Positions 51,162 through 58,999 of a stretch of 64,000 nucleotides of DNA are shown piece by piece. Source of the stretch: Oscillospiraceae bacterium (GTDB lineage: Bacteria > Bacillota > Clostridia > Oscillospirales > Acutalibacteraceae); NCBI GenBank assembly GCA_015066465.1, contig SVOI01000002.1:44154-108153 (forward strand), read 5' to 3'. The notes under the pieces were generated by a model. It searched no databases, was not told where the DNA came from, and saw nothing but the letters and a program-made list of their open reading frames with translations. A program made the translations under genes and the position numbers. How positions within the stretch are numbered: the stretch's first letter is position 1; every line of letters starts with the position of its first letter.

Positions 51162-53615
51162 TTATTTTTTGCGTATTTTTGTTTTTGTGCTTATAAAACC
51201 AATAACAGAAAATACTGCCTGTGTAATTATGAGCGGAATAACAGAAAGCTCTGCGCCACCCGCAACGAATGAGAATGCTGCCGCAAAAGCAATACCAATT
51301 CCAATTGCACCAATCTGGAGCACAGAAGTTGAACTTTTAACCTTGTTAAGCGAAAGCGCTGAAGCTACTGCTGATAAATATGAAGCGCTTTTACCATCGT
51401 GCATAAGAGCACTGTCGCCCGCAGTTCTTATCTCTTTTGTGTAACTGTTTAATATATCACCAGAAACTGCACTTAAAACTTTAATTCCGCTTGATGGAAT
51501 TGAAAGATTATTTGCAACCATATTATCTGTAATATTTGCATCATCATTTCTTAAAAGAAGTGAAATACTTTCTTTTTCTATTCGCTTTAAATATTTTGCA
51601 TTTTGTTCATTTATATCATAACTCACAATAAACATTGCACCTAATTTACCTTCAATAGCAAGGAACAACGGATATCTGCCATCGTGAGTATGTTTTTCAA
51701 CAAAAGCTTTATCTGGAACTTCAACATTATGATTTCTTAATAAATCATAACTACCTACTAAAACACGTCTGTTCTGAATCCATGCAGAAAGACCTAATTT
51801 ATCTTCATAAGCTAAAGTATCAACTGGTGGTAAAAGCTCTGTTTTATCCATAACAACTCTTTTAAAGAGATTGCCTAAAGCACCACCCGAAGCCACAACC
51901 ATAGCCGCTGTATAAAGAATTGCTTCGTCAACCTTCATTGAATGGAATGTCTTAATTCCATAAACGTTACCGCCATTTTCGTCAAAAACATCGGTAGAAT
52001 TAACTGTAATACCATTAGCAACAGAACACATTCTACAAGCTTCCCAACCAGTGAGAACGCCACCTTCTTTTCTGAGCTTTAAAGAAAGCTTATTAACTGC
52101 AAGGTTATCACAAAGGAATATAAAGCAAGGTGTAGCCATAGCAGTTACTGCTGAAAATGCACTTATACCGTTAAATAGATTCTTTGAAATAACAGTTGTG
52201 ATTATACCTACAATTAATGCTACACCGAGAGAAATCGGAACAGTTTTCTTGTTAATTTCATCTGCAGGGTAATATTTTTTAGAAAGCTCTAAAAATCTAC
52301 CTGGGAATTTTGTTTTTTGTGAAGCTAATATAATAGGTTCATCAAGTAAAAGACCTCTGCCTATTTCAAATGCAGTTTCTTTTCTTTCAATATGAGAAAT
52401 TGAATGAAGTTCTTTTTCTGAAACTATATAAAAATTCTTTTTCATACGTTTTGCTTCTAAAACACAAGCAAAATTATTAAGCACTAATGAAAAAACTGCT
52501 ACCGAAGTGTAAAGAGAAAGCCTGTTTTCAAAAGGAAGTGGAGCAAAAAAGAAAAAGAAATTCTGAATTAAAGTAACAAGCAGTGCTATTGCACAACCAC
52601 TGTTTCTGTTAAATTTAAAGCCTTTTATTGATTGTAAGCCATCAATGAAAACATCTTTTGAAACTACACAAGCAATTATTGTAATAATTGCATTAAGCAA
52701 AATTACTGGAAATTCATTTTTATGCACAAGAGAGTTTGGTGAATAAACCACACTCGCAATTACTGAAAGTGCCACGAGTAAAGCAAAGCAAATAACCGAT
52801 GTAACAGTTGCAAAGGTTGCATTTTTTTCTTGCTTTTTAAGGTAGAACTTAACCTTGAATTTATCATTCACGCTTCTGTATTCATCTAAACCGAATTTTG
52901 AATTAGAGACTTCCTCAAAATCTTCTTCTGGCTCTGTACTTACAACAAATTCAGCCGCTTTTTTACGTCTTTTCTTAATTAACTCTCTTTCAATCTCTTC
53001 TTCATCAACAGTCTCTATTTCAGATGTATTGAAGCCCTCAAAAGAAAGTTGCATATCCTCTTCTTCAATAAGTTCTGTTTCTGGTGAACTACCATCAGTA
53101 ACAGCAAGAGAACGAAGACCTATTGTTTTTTCATTACGGATTTCTTTTGTTGATTCTTCTTTTTTCTGCTCTTCTCTTAATAAATCTTCTGAAACGAGTA
53201 GTGGCACGGGTTCTAACTCTTTTGTGTTTTTAAAGTTACTTGTTTTTTTAACAAAACCGCCACGTTCATAAGGCTGTTCACCTGCAGGAATAAATTTATG
53301 CTCTGCGGTCTTTTCTAAATTGTGCATAGGTTTATTTAAAAACCTATCACGATATTTATCACTTTCAAGAGCAGTAAACGCTCTTGTAGCACCATCGACC
53401 GAGGATTTTTCAACCTTGTTTGTTTTAATTTTATGCTCAATTTCTTCGTTATAGGTAGGTCTCGGGTCAATAGCTTCAGGTTTATTTATAGTTTTTAAAA
53501 TTGGCTCGGGCTGGAACTCCTTTTCAGAAGTCATACCACTATCCTGTAATAGTTCGTCAATTTCTTCAAACGTCCATTTTCTTGGACTTTTACCAGTATA
53601 ATATTCGTCGTACAA
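51162..53615 (-). CDS. P-type-ATPase-like membrane protein with degenerate catalytic motifs and long acidic N-terminal region
   Basis: 817 aa, TTG start after AGGTAGGTGA. TM bundle plus a cytoplasmic domain alignable to heavy-metal P-type ATPases. DKTGT is replaced by DENGG, TGDN by RNDDAN, and GDGxND by HDGKSA. Confidence 0.6.
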   Translation of the reverse strand: MYDEYYTGKSPRKWTFEEIDELLQDSGMTSEKEFQPEPILKTINKPEAIDPRPTYNEEIEHKIKTNKVEKSSVDGATRAFTALESDKYRDRFLNKPMHNLEKTAEHKFIPAGEQPYERGGFVKKTSNFKNTKELEPVPLLVSEDLLREEQKKEESTKEIRNEKTIGLRSLAVTDGSSPETELIEEEDMQLSFEGFNTSEIETVDEEEIERELIKKRRKKAAEFVVSTEPEEDFEEVSNSKFGLDEYRSVNDKFKVKFYLKKQEKNATFATVTSVICFALLVALSVIASVVYSPNSLVHKNEFPVILLNAIITIIACVVSKDVFIDGLQSIKGFKFNRNSGCAIALLVTLIQNFFFFFAPLPFENRLSLYTSVAVFSLVLNNFACVLEAKRMKKNFYIVSEKELHSISHIERKETAFEIGRGLLLDEPIILASQKTKFPGRFLELSKKYYPADEINKKTVPISLGVALIVGIITTVISKNLFNGISAFSAVTAMATPCFIFLCDNLAVNKLSLKLRKEGGVLTGWEACRMCSVANGITVNSTDVFDENGGNVYGIKTFHSMKVDEAILYTAAMVVASGGALGNLFKRVVMDKTELLPPVDTLAYEDKLGLSAWIQNRRVLVGSYDLLRNHNVEVPDKAFVEKHTHDGRYPLFLAIEGKLGAMFIVSYDINEQNAKYLKRIEKESISLLLRNDDANITDNMVANNLSIPSSGIKVLSAVSGDILNSYTKEIRTAGDSALMHDGKSASYLSAVASALSLNKVKSSTSVLQIGAIGIGIAFAAAFSFVAGGAELSVIPLIITQAVFSVIGFISTKTKIRKK

Positions 53616-53649
53616 AGCTATTCACCTACCTTTAATAATATAATCAAAA

Positions 53650-54420
53650 TTAATCTCTCTGACGAGAAACTTCATACATTAAAATACCAGCCGCAACAGA
53701 AGCGTTAAGGGAATTGATTTTACCCTTCATTGGCATAGAAAGAGTTACGTCACATTTTTCTTTAACGAGTCTGCCAACGCCATTACCTTCTGAACCTATT
53801 ACAAGAGCAATAGCACCTTTTAAATTACTCTTATAAAAAGGCTCACCGTCCATATCTGCACAGTAAACCCACACCCCACGTTTTTTGAGTTCATCAATAG
53901 TCTGTGGAATATTTGTAACTCTTGCAACGTGCATAAATTCAACTGCACCAGCACTTGTTTTAGCAACTGTGAAGCTTAAAGATGCACTTCTTCTTTTTGG
54001 AATAATTACACCGTGAGCACCAGCCGCTTCTGCTGTACGGATAATTGCACCTAAATTATGTGGGTCCTCGATTTCGTCACAGATAATTATAAATGGTGGT
54101 TCATTTCGTTCTTCTGCAGTTACAAAAATATCTTCAACAGAAGAATATTCTTTTACTGCACCAAATGCGGCAATACCCTGATGATTATTGTGACCACAAA
54201 CGAAGTCTAATTTTTTAGGGTCAACTTCTTTTATAACAATCCCAGCTTTTTTAGCATCAGCTACTATTTTAGGAATAGAGCCACTTCTGTCACCACGAGC
54301 AACCATTACGCTATCGAGCGGTCTGCCACTTTTTATTGCTTCGGCAACTGAATTTCTGCCGAATATAACGTCTTTTTCATTTTCTCTTTCGTTATTCTGA
54401 GAAACGTCATTTTTTATCAT
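53650..54420 (-). CDS. rlmB: 23S rRNA (guanosine-2'-O)-methyltransferase RlmB (YacO-like)
   Basis: 256 aa. SpoU_sub_bind N-terminus (IFGRNSVAEAI) and SpoU motifs IGSEGNGV, SLNASVAAGILMYE. Confidence 0.88.
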   Translation of the reverse strand: MIKNDVSQNNERENEKDVIFGRNSVAEAIKSGRPLDSVMVARGDRSGSIPKIVADAKKAGIVIKEVDPKKLDFVCGHNNHQGIAAFGAVKEYSSVEDIFVTAEERNEPPFIIICDEIEDPHNLGAIIRTAEAAGAHGVIIPKRRSASLSFTVAKTSAGAVEFMHVARVTNIPQTIDELKKRGVWVYCADMDGEPFYKSNLKGAIALVIGSEGNGVGRLVKEKCDVTLSMPMKGKINSLNASVAAGILMYEVSRQRD

Positions 54421-54438
54421 TTTTATAATCCTTAAATC

Positions 54439-55728
54439 TTATTTGTTATTAGGAATAAGCTTTTCTTTACCACCCATATATGGTCTTAATGCAACTGGAA
54501 TATTAACTGTTCCATCTTCATTAAGATTGTTTTCAAGGAATGCAATTAACATTCTTGGTGGAGCAACAACTGTGTTATTGAGTGTATGTGGGAAGTATTT
54601 TCCATCTTTACCGTTTACACGGATTTTGAGTCTTCTTGCCTGTGCATCTGAAAGATTTGAGCAAGAACCAACTTCAAAGTATTTCTGCTGACGTGGGCTC
54701 CAAGCTTCAACGTCGATTGATTTAACCTTTAAGTCTGCAAGGTCGCCTGAGCAACACTCAAGAGTTCTTACAGGAATATCGAGTGAACGGAAAAGGTCAA
54801 CAGTATTCTTCCAGAGATTAGTGAACCACATTGGGCTTTCTTCTGGTTTACAAACAACAACCATTTCTTGTTTTTCAAACTGGTGAATTCTGTAAACTCC
54901 ACGTTCTTCAATACCGTGAGCACCTTTTTCTTTTCTGAAGCAAGGTGAATAGCTTGTAAGTGTCTGTGGAAGTTTTTCTTCAGGGACAATCTGGTCAATA
55001 AATTTACCAATCATTGAGTGTTCACTTGTACCGATAAGGTAAAGGTCTTCACCTTCGATTTTATACATCATAGCTTCCATTTCAGCAAAGCTCATAACAC
55101 CTGTTACAACGTCACTTCTTATCATAAATGGTGGAATGTAATATGTGAAGCCACGGTCAATCATAAAGTCACGAGCGTAAGAAATAACTGCAGAATGAAG
55201 TCTTGCAATATCGCCTGAGAGATAATAGAAACCGTTACCAGCAACACGACCAGCACTGTCTAAATCGATACCATCGAAAGTTTCCATAATTTCTCTGTGA
55301 TATGGAATTTCAAAATCAGGTACGAGTGGTTCGCCGAATTTTTCGAGTTCAACGTTTTCACTGTCGTCTTTACCAATAGGAACGCTGTCGTCAATAATAT
55401 TAGGAATAACCATCATAATATCATTAACTTTTTTAGAAAGCTCTGCTTCTTTTGCTTCTAATTCTGCTAATTTCTGTGCAGCTTCAGAAACTTGTTTTTT
55501 CATTTCTTCAGCTTCTTCTTTTTTGCCTTGAGCCATAAGAGCACCAATCATTTTACTATTTTTGTTTCTCAAAGCTCTTAAATCATCAGCTTCGCCTTTT
55601 ACTGCTCTGCTTTCTTTATCGAGTTCAATAACTTCATCTACTAAAGGAAGTTTTTTATCCTGAAACTTCTTTTTAATATTTTCTTTTACTACGTCTGGAT
55701 TTTCTCTTAAAAATTTAATATCTATCAT
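54439..55728 (-). CDS. serS: Seryl-tRNA synthetase
   Basis: 429 aa. N-terminal coiled-coil arm (MIDIKFLRENPD...) and class II motifs (CFRKEKGAHG, RIHQFEKQE, SCSN). Confidence 0.96.
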   Translation of the reverse strand: MIDIKFLRENPDVVKENIKKKFQDKKLPLVDEVIELDKESRAVKGEADDLRALRNKNSKMIGALMAQGKKEEAEEMKKQVSEAAQKLAELEAKEAELSKKVNDIMMVIPNIIDDSVPIGKDDSENVELEKFGEPLVPDFEIPYHREIMETFDGIDLDSAGRVAGNGFYYLSGDIARLHSAVISYARDFMIDRGFTYYIPPFMIRSDVVTGVMSFAEMEAMMYKIEGEDLYLIGTSEHSMIGKFIDQIVPEEKLPQTLTSYSPCFRKEKGAHGIEERGVYRIHQFEKQEMVVVCKPEESPMWFTNLWKNTVDLFRSLDIPVRTLECCSGDLADLKVKSIDVEAWSPRQQKYFEVGSCSNLSDAQARRLKIRVNGKDGKYFPHTLNNTVVAPPRMLIAFLENNLNEDGTVNIPVALRPYMGGKEKLIPNNK

Positions 55729-55748
55729 TTTTATTACCCTCTCAAGTA

Positions 55749-56603
55749 TTATTCGTTATCAAAAATTTTAATTAACTTCTTTAAATCTTCATCATCAAAG
55801 AATTCAATTTCAATAGCACCTTTTTTAGTTGACTTTGTAACTCTTACTTTTCTTTGTAAAACGTCACTTAATGCAAGTTCAACTTCATCATAATAAGGAT
55901 TTCTCTTTTTTGTCTTTTTACCCGTAGGTTCTACTTTTATTTGCTTTCTTGCAAGTCTTTCAGTTTCTCTTACTGAAATATCCTCTTTAATTACAAGCTT
56001 TGCAAGTTCAATTTTTGCTTTATCATCCTCTAAAGTAAGTAATGCTCTTGCGTGACCTGCAGAAAGCTCTTTTTTAGAAACCAGAGCAATAATTTCTTCT
56101 GGTAACGTTAAAAGCCTTAAAGCATTCGCTATTGCAGGACGTGAAGCGCCAACAAGATTTGAAATTTCTTCTTGTGTGTAGTCAAACTTTTCAGCTAATT
56201 CTTTATAACCCAATGCTTCTTCAATAGGGTCTAAATCTTCACGCTGTAAGTTTTCAACAAGAGCAATTTCAGCAACCTGAGCATCTGTTAATTCTTTTAT
56301 AACAACAGGAACCTCCGTAAGCCCTGCTATACGTGAAGCTCTCCAACGTCTTTCACCAGCAACTAACTGATAGCTACCATCTGGCATCGGACGAACCACG
56401 AGTGGCTGAAGCACACCGTGAAGCTCAATGCTGTGAGAAAGCTCCGCTAAAGCTTCTTCATCAAAATTCTTTCTTGGTTGATTTTTATTAGGTTCAATTT
56501 CAGAAAGTTTTAATTTAACTGCACTCGAAGAACTGAGTTCTTCTGTAGCATTATCTATAAAAAGCTCACTAAGCCCTTTACCTAAGCCTGTTTTCTTTGC
56601 CAT
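55749..56603 (-). CDS. spo0J: Chromosome partitioning protein ParB/Spo0J
   Basis: 284 aa. ParB box LVAGERRWRASRIAG and HTH YTQEEISNLVGASRPAIANALRLL. Confidence 0.94.
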   Translation of the reverse strand: MAKKTGLGKGLSELFIDNATEELSSSSAVKLKLSEIEPNKNQPRKNFDEEALAELSHSIELHGVLQPLVVRPMPDGSYQLVAGERRWRASRIAGLTEVPVVIKELTDAQVAEIALVENLQREDLDPIEEALGYKELAEKFDYTQEEISNLVGASRPAIANALRLLTLPEEIIALVSKKELSAGHARALLTLEDDKAKIELAKLVIKEDISVRETERLARKQIKVEPTGKKTKKRNPYYDEVELALSDVLQRKVRVTKSTKKGAIEIEFFDDEDLKKLIKIFDNE

Positions 56604-56616
56604 TTTCTTTCACACC

Positions 56617-57381
56617 TTATTTCTGCATTTTCAAAAATTCTTCTGCTAAATTATTATAGCTTTCAGCACCCTTTGAACCACGGTCATAATAAAGAACCGG
56701 TTCGCCGAAAGACGGTGCTTCTGAAAGACGAACGTTTCTTGGAATAACTGTTGCATAAACTTTTTTAGGGAAGAAGTTTTTAACTTCATCTACTACCTGC
56801 TGAGTGAGATTGAGTCTGCCGTCATACATTGTAAGTAAAACACCCTCAAGCTCTAAGTATTCGTTATAAAGTCTTTTAATCGTTCTTACAGTTGCCATAA
56901 GCTGTGAAAGACCTTCAAGAGCGTAGTATTCACACTGAATAGGAACAATAAAAGTGTCTGATGCAGTAAGAGCATTAAGAGTAATAAGACCTAAAGATGG
57001 TGGGCAATCGAAGAAAACGAAATCGTAATTTTCTTGTATTGGAGCAATCGCCTTTTTAAGTAATGACTCTCTGCCCTCTAAAGCTGCCATTTCAAGCTCA
57101 GCACCAGCTAAATTCATATTTGACGGAATAATATCAACACCCTGATATTTAGTCTGAATAACAGCATTTTTCGCTTCTGCTGAATTTATTAAAAGCTCAT
57201 AAGAAGTAGCAGTAAGACCTTTACGCTGAATGCCATAACCACTTGTTGTATTACCCTGCGGGTCAATATCTATAAGCAAAACCTTTTTACCCATAGCACC
57301 TAAAGCGGCAACTAAGTTTACGGCACTCGTTGTCTTACCAACGCCACCCTTCTGATTAACAATAGAAATGATTTTTGCCAT
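56617..57381 (-). CDS. soj: Chromosome partitioning ATPase ParA/Soj
   Basis: 254 aa. Deviant Walker A NQKGGVGKTT and IDIDPQGN. Confidence 0.95.
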   Translation of the reverse strand: MAKIISIVNQKGGVGKTTSAVNLVAALGAMGKKVLLIDIDPQGNTTSGYGIQRKGLTATSYELLINSAEAKNAVIQTKYQGVDIIPSNMNLAGAELEMAALEGRESLLKKAIAPIQENYDFVFFDCPPSLGLITLNALTASDTFIVPIQCEYYALEGLSQLMATVRTIKRLYNEYLELEGVLLTMYDGRLNLTQQVVDEVKNFFPKKVYATVIPRNVRLSEAPSFGEPVLYYDRGSKGAESYNNLAEEFLKMQK

Positions 57382-57571
57382 TTTAATTCTCCTTCCAAAA
57401 AAGAATTAACACATAATTTTCCATATTACTATAATTAAAATATATTATAACATAATAGTAATGAAAATGGAATAGAATAAAACAAAAAATTCGATGTTTT
57501 TTTGCAAAATGTTTCACAAATTTTGATGTGTTTTCAAAAAGATATTTTTACACCAAATCTCAACAAAACAC

Positions 57572-57600
57572 TTGACAATTAAATACTGCCTATGTATAAT
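57572..57600 (+). promoter_or_regulatory. Consensus SigA promoter of the tRNA-Thr gene
   Basis: TTGACA (57572-57577), a 17-nt spacer, then TGTATAAT (TATAAT at 57595-57600). Confidence 0.75.
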
Positions 57601-57622
57601 AACCCTTGCAATTAAATATTGT

Positions 57623-57698
57623 GCTGATATAGCTCAGGTGGTAGAGTGCATCCTTGGTAAGGATGAGGTCACCGGTTCAAATCCGGTTATCAGCTCCA
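57623..57698 (+). tRNA. tRNA-Thr (anticodon GGU), CCA encoded
   Basis: Cloverleaf folded by hand. Acceptor GCTGATA/TATCAGC, anticodon stem CATCC/GGATG with loop TTGGTAA, T-arm ACCGG-TTCAAAT-CCGGT, 3' TCCA. Confidence 0.93.
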
Positions 57699-57702
57699 AA
57701 AC

Positions 57703-57738
57703 AAAATCCGTTCACAAGCGTGAACGGATTTTGTTTTT
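57703..57738 (+). terminator. Intrinsic terminator after the tRNA
   Basis: AAATCCGTTCAC-aagc-GTGAACGGATTT followed by TGTTTTT. Confidence 0.85.
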
Positions 57739-57788
57739 ATTATTCTATTATTCACTAAAAATCAACAATAATAATTGTGGCATTACTG

Positions 57789-58808
57789 TTATTCAAGAAT
57801 TTTTGAAACTTTTAACAACTTTAAATCTAACATTAAGTACGATGCTAAAACACTATCGATAAATCCAGCGAATGTAAATATAGCACCTAAACCAACAAAT
57901 GCCCAAAAAACTGGTTCTATATAAAGCCTATCTTCTCTAAAGAAACTTATTATAACTTCAACAATTTTTGAACATAAAGCTTTTATTTCAAATGGTAAAT
58001 CCTTTTTCACAAAATACACTGGTGTTAAAACTAATATATGCAAAAGGCTCTTTAATGGATACCCTATTATGTAACCCAACACTGCACCAACACTTAAAGA
58101 AACAAATTCAGCTTTACAAACCTTACCACCGAACAAATGATAGCTCTTAAACATTGCCAAGCCTGTAAAAATTGCAATTACCACAAGAAGCATTAAAATC
58201 AAAAATATATCTACGTATTCATTTATTTTTGGTGCAACCACAAGGGTTATAAACCAAAAAATAATTCCACCTAATACTGCGCACAACAAAACTCCTATTG
58301 TACCACGAATCACATTATTCTTTTCTTTTATTGTTTCTTTTACCTCTTCAACTTTATCTATTAGTTTTTGTGCACAATCGCTATGCACTTTATGCACAAA
58401 ACCATTTTTAATTACAAGTTTAGTTTCTTTATCGTTAATATCTTCTGAACACTCGGCACATATCTGGGTACCACTTACTCCATTTTCTTTCAACAAAGGT
58501 ATAAAAGCATTCAAAAACTTCTTTAGTTTCGGCAAAACAGTTAAACGCTCAAAGAAAAACAATTGTATCCCTTGAGTTGTTATTTTATATTTTTCTATAT
58601 GAAATTTTTTCGAATATTTTGTTTCTTCAAAAAACTTCAAAACATTTTTATTATCATTAATTTTACATGAAATTGAGAGAACTTTTATACCATACCCTTC
58701 GGCAATACAAAGCATATAACCATCATATTCCCCATAAACAAAGGTTTTTGAAATAGTCATCCCTTTTTCTTTTGCGAATTTTTTTAGGTCAGGCATTACA
58801 AACAACAT
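57789..58808 (-). CDS. Hypothetical membrane protein with cytoplasmic Cys4-type motif
   Basis: 339 aa. Soluble N-domain with CAEC...HSDC, then about 5 TM helices. Promoter-like TTGTAA-17-TAGAAT lies upstream. Confidence 0.6.
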   Translation of the reverse strand: MLFVMPDLKKFAKEKGMTISKTFVYGEYDGYMLCIAEGYGIKVLSISCKINDNKNVLKFFEETKYSKKFHIEKYKITTQGIQLFFFERLTVLPKLKKFLNAFIPLLKENGVSGTQICAECSEDINDKETKLVIKNGFVHKVHSDCAQKLIDKVEEVKETIKEKNNVIRGTIGVLLCAVLGGIIFWFITLVVAPKINEYVDIFLILMLLVVIAIFTGLAMFKSYHLFGGKVCKAEFVSLSVGAVLGYIIGYPLKSLLHILVLTPVYFVKKDLPFEIKALCSKIVEVIISFFREDRLYIEPVFWAFVGLGAIFTFAGFIDSVLASYLMLDLKLLKVSKILE

Positions 58809-58863
58809 AAAAAACTCCCCTTTTTCTTTTATTCTACCATAACAAACTTTTCTTTACAATAAA

Positions 58864-58903
58864 AACCAACCTGTCAATTTACTTAAAAATCGACAGGTTG
58901 GTT
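58864..58903. other. 12-bp-stem hairpin between two divergent promoters
   Basis: AACCAACCTGTC-16 nt-GACAGGTTGGTT, with an A-run before and T-rich sequence after. Confidence 0.5.
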
Positions 58904-58942
58904 TATATATTTTAAACAATCATTCAAGTATCTTCAAAACCA

Positions 58943-58971
58943 TTGACCATTTTCTGATTTCACAGTATAAT
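58943..58971 (+). promoter_or_regulatory. SigA-type promoter of the permuted GH3 gene
   Basis: TTGACC (58943-58948), a 17-nt spacer, then TATAAT (58966-58971). Confidence 0.7.
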
Positions 58972-58999
58972 AATATCAGCAACAAAAAGGGGTGTAAAA

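Noticed and set aside
52855-53271. 138-aa Ser-rich plus-strand ORF
   Set aside because: It lies entirely antisense to the acidic N-terminal region of the 817-aa gene. The Ser/Leu-rich composition is the mirror image of GAA/GAG/AAA codons, and there is no RBS.
55729-55748. Expected a T-box leader upstream of serS
   Set aside because: Only 20 nt separate the parB stop from the serS start, so there is no room for a T-box. serS appears to be co-transcribed with parAB.
57382-57571. Possible oriC, DnaA-box cluster or parS upstream of soj
   Set aside because: Only one 1-mismatch DnaA-like box and one parS half-site (TGTTTCAC at 57510-57517, not palindromic) were found. There is no box cluster and no dnaA or dnaN nearby. 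The best parS-like core elsewhere (TTCACGTGAA, 63633-63642) matches only 11 of 16 consensus positions.
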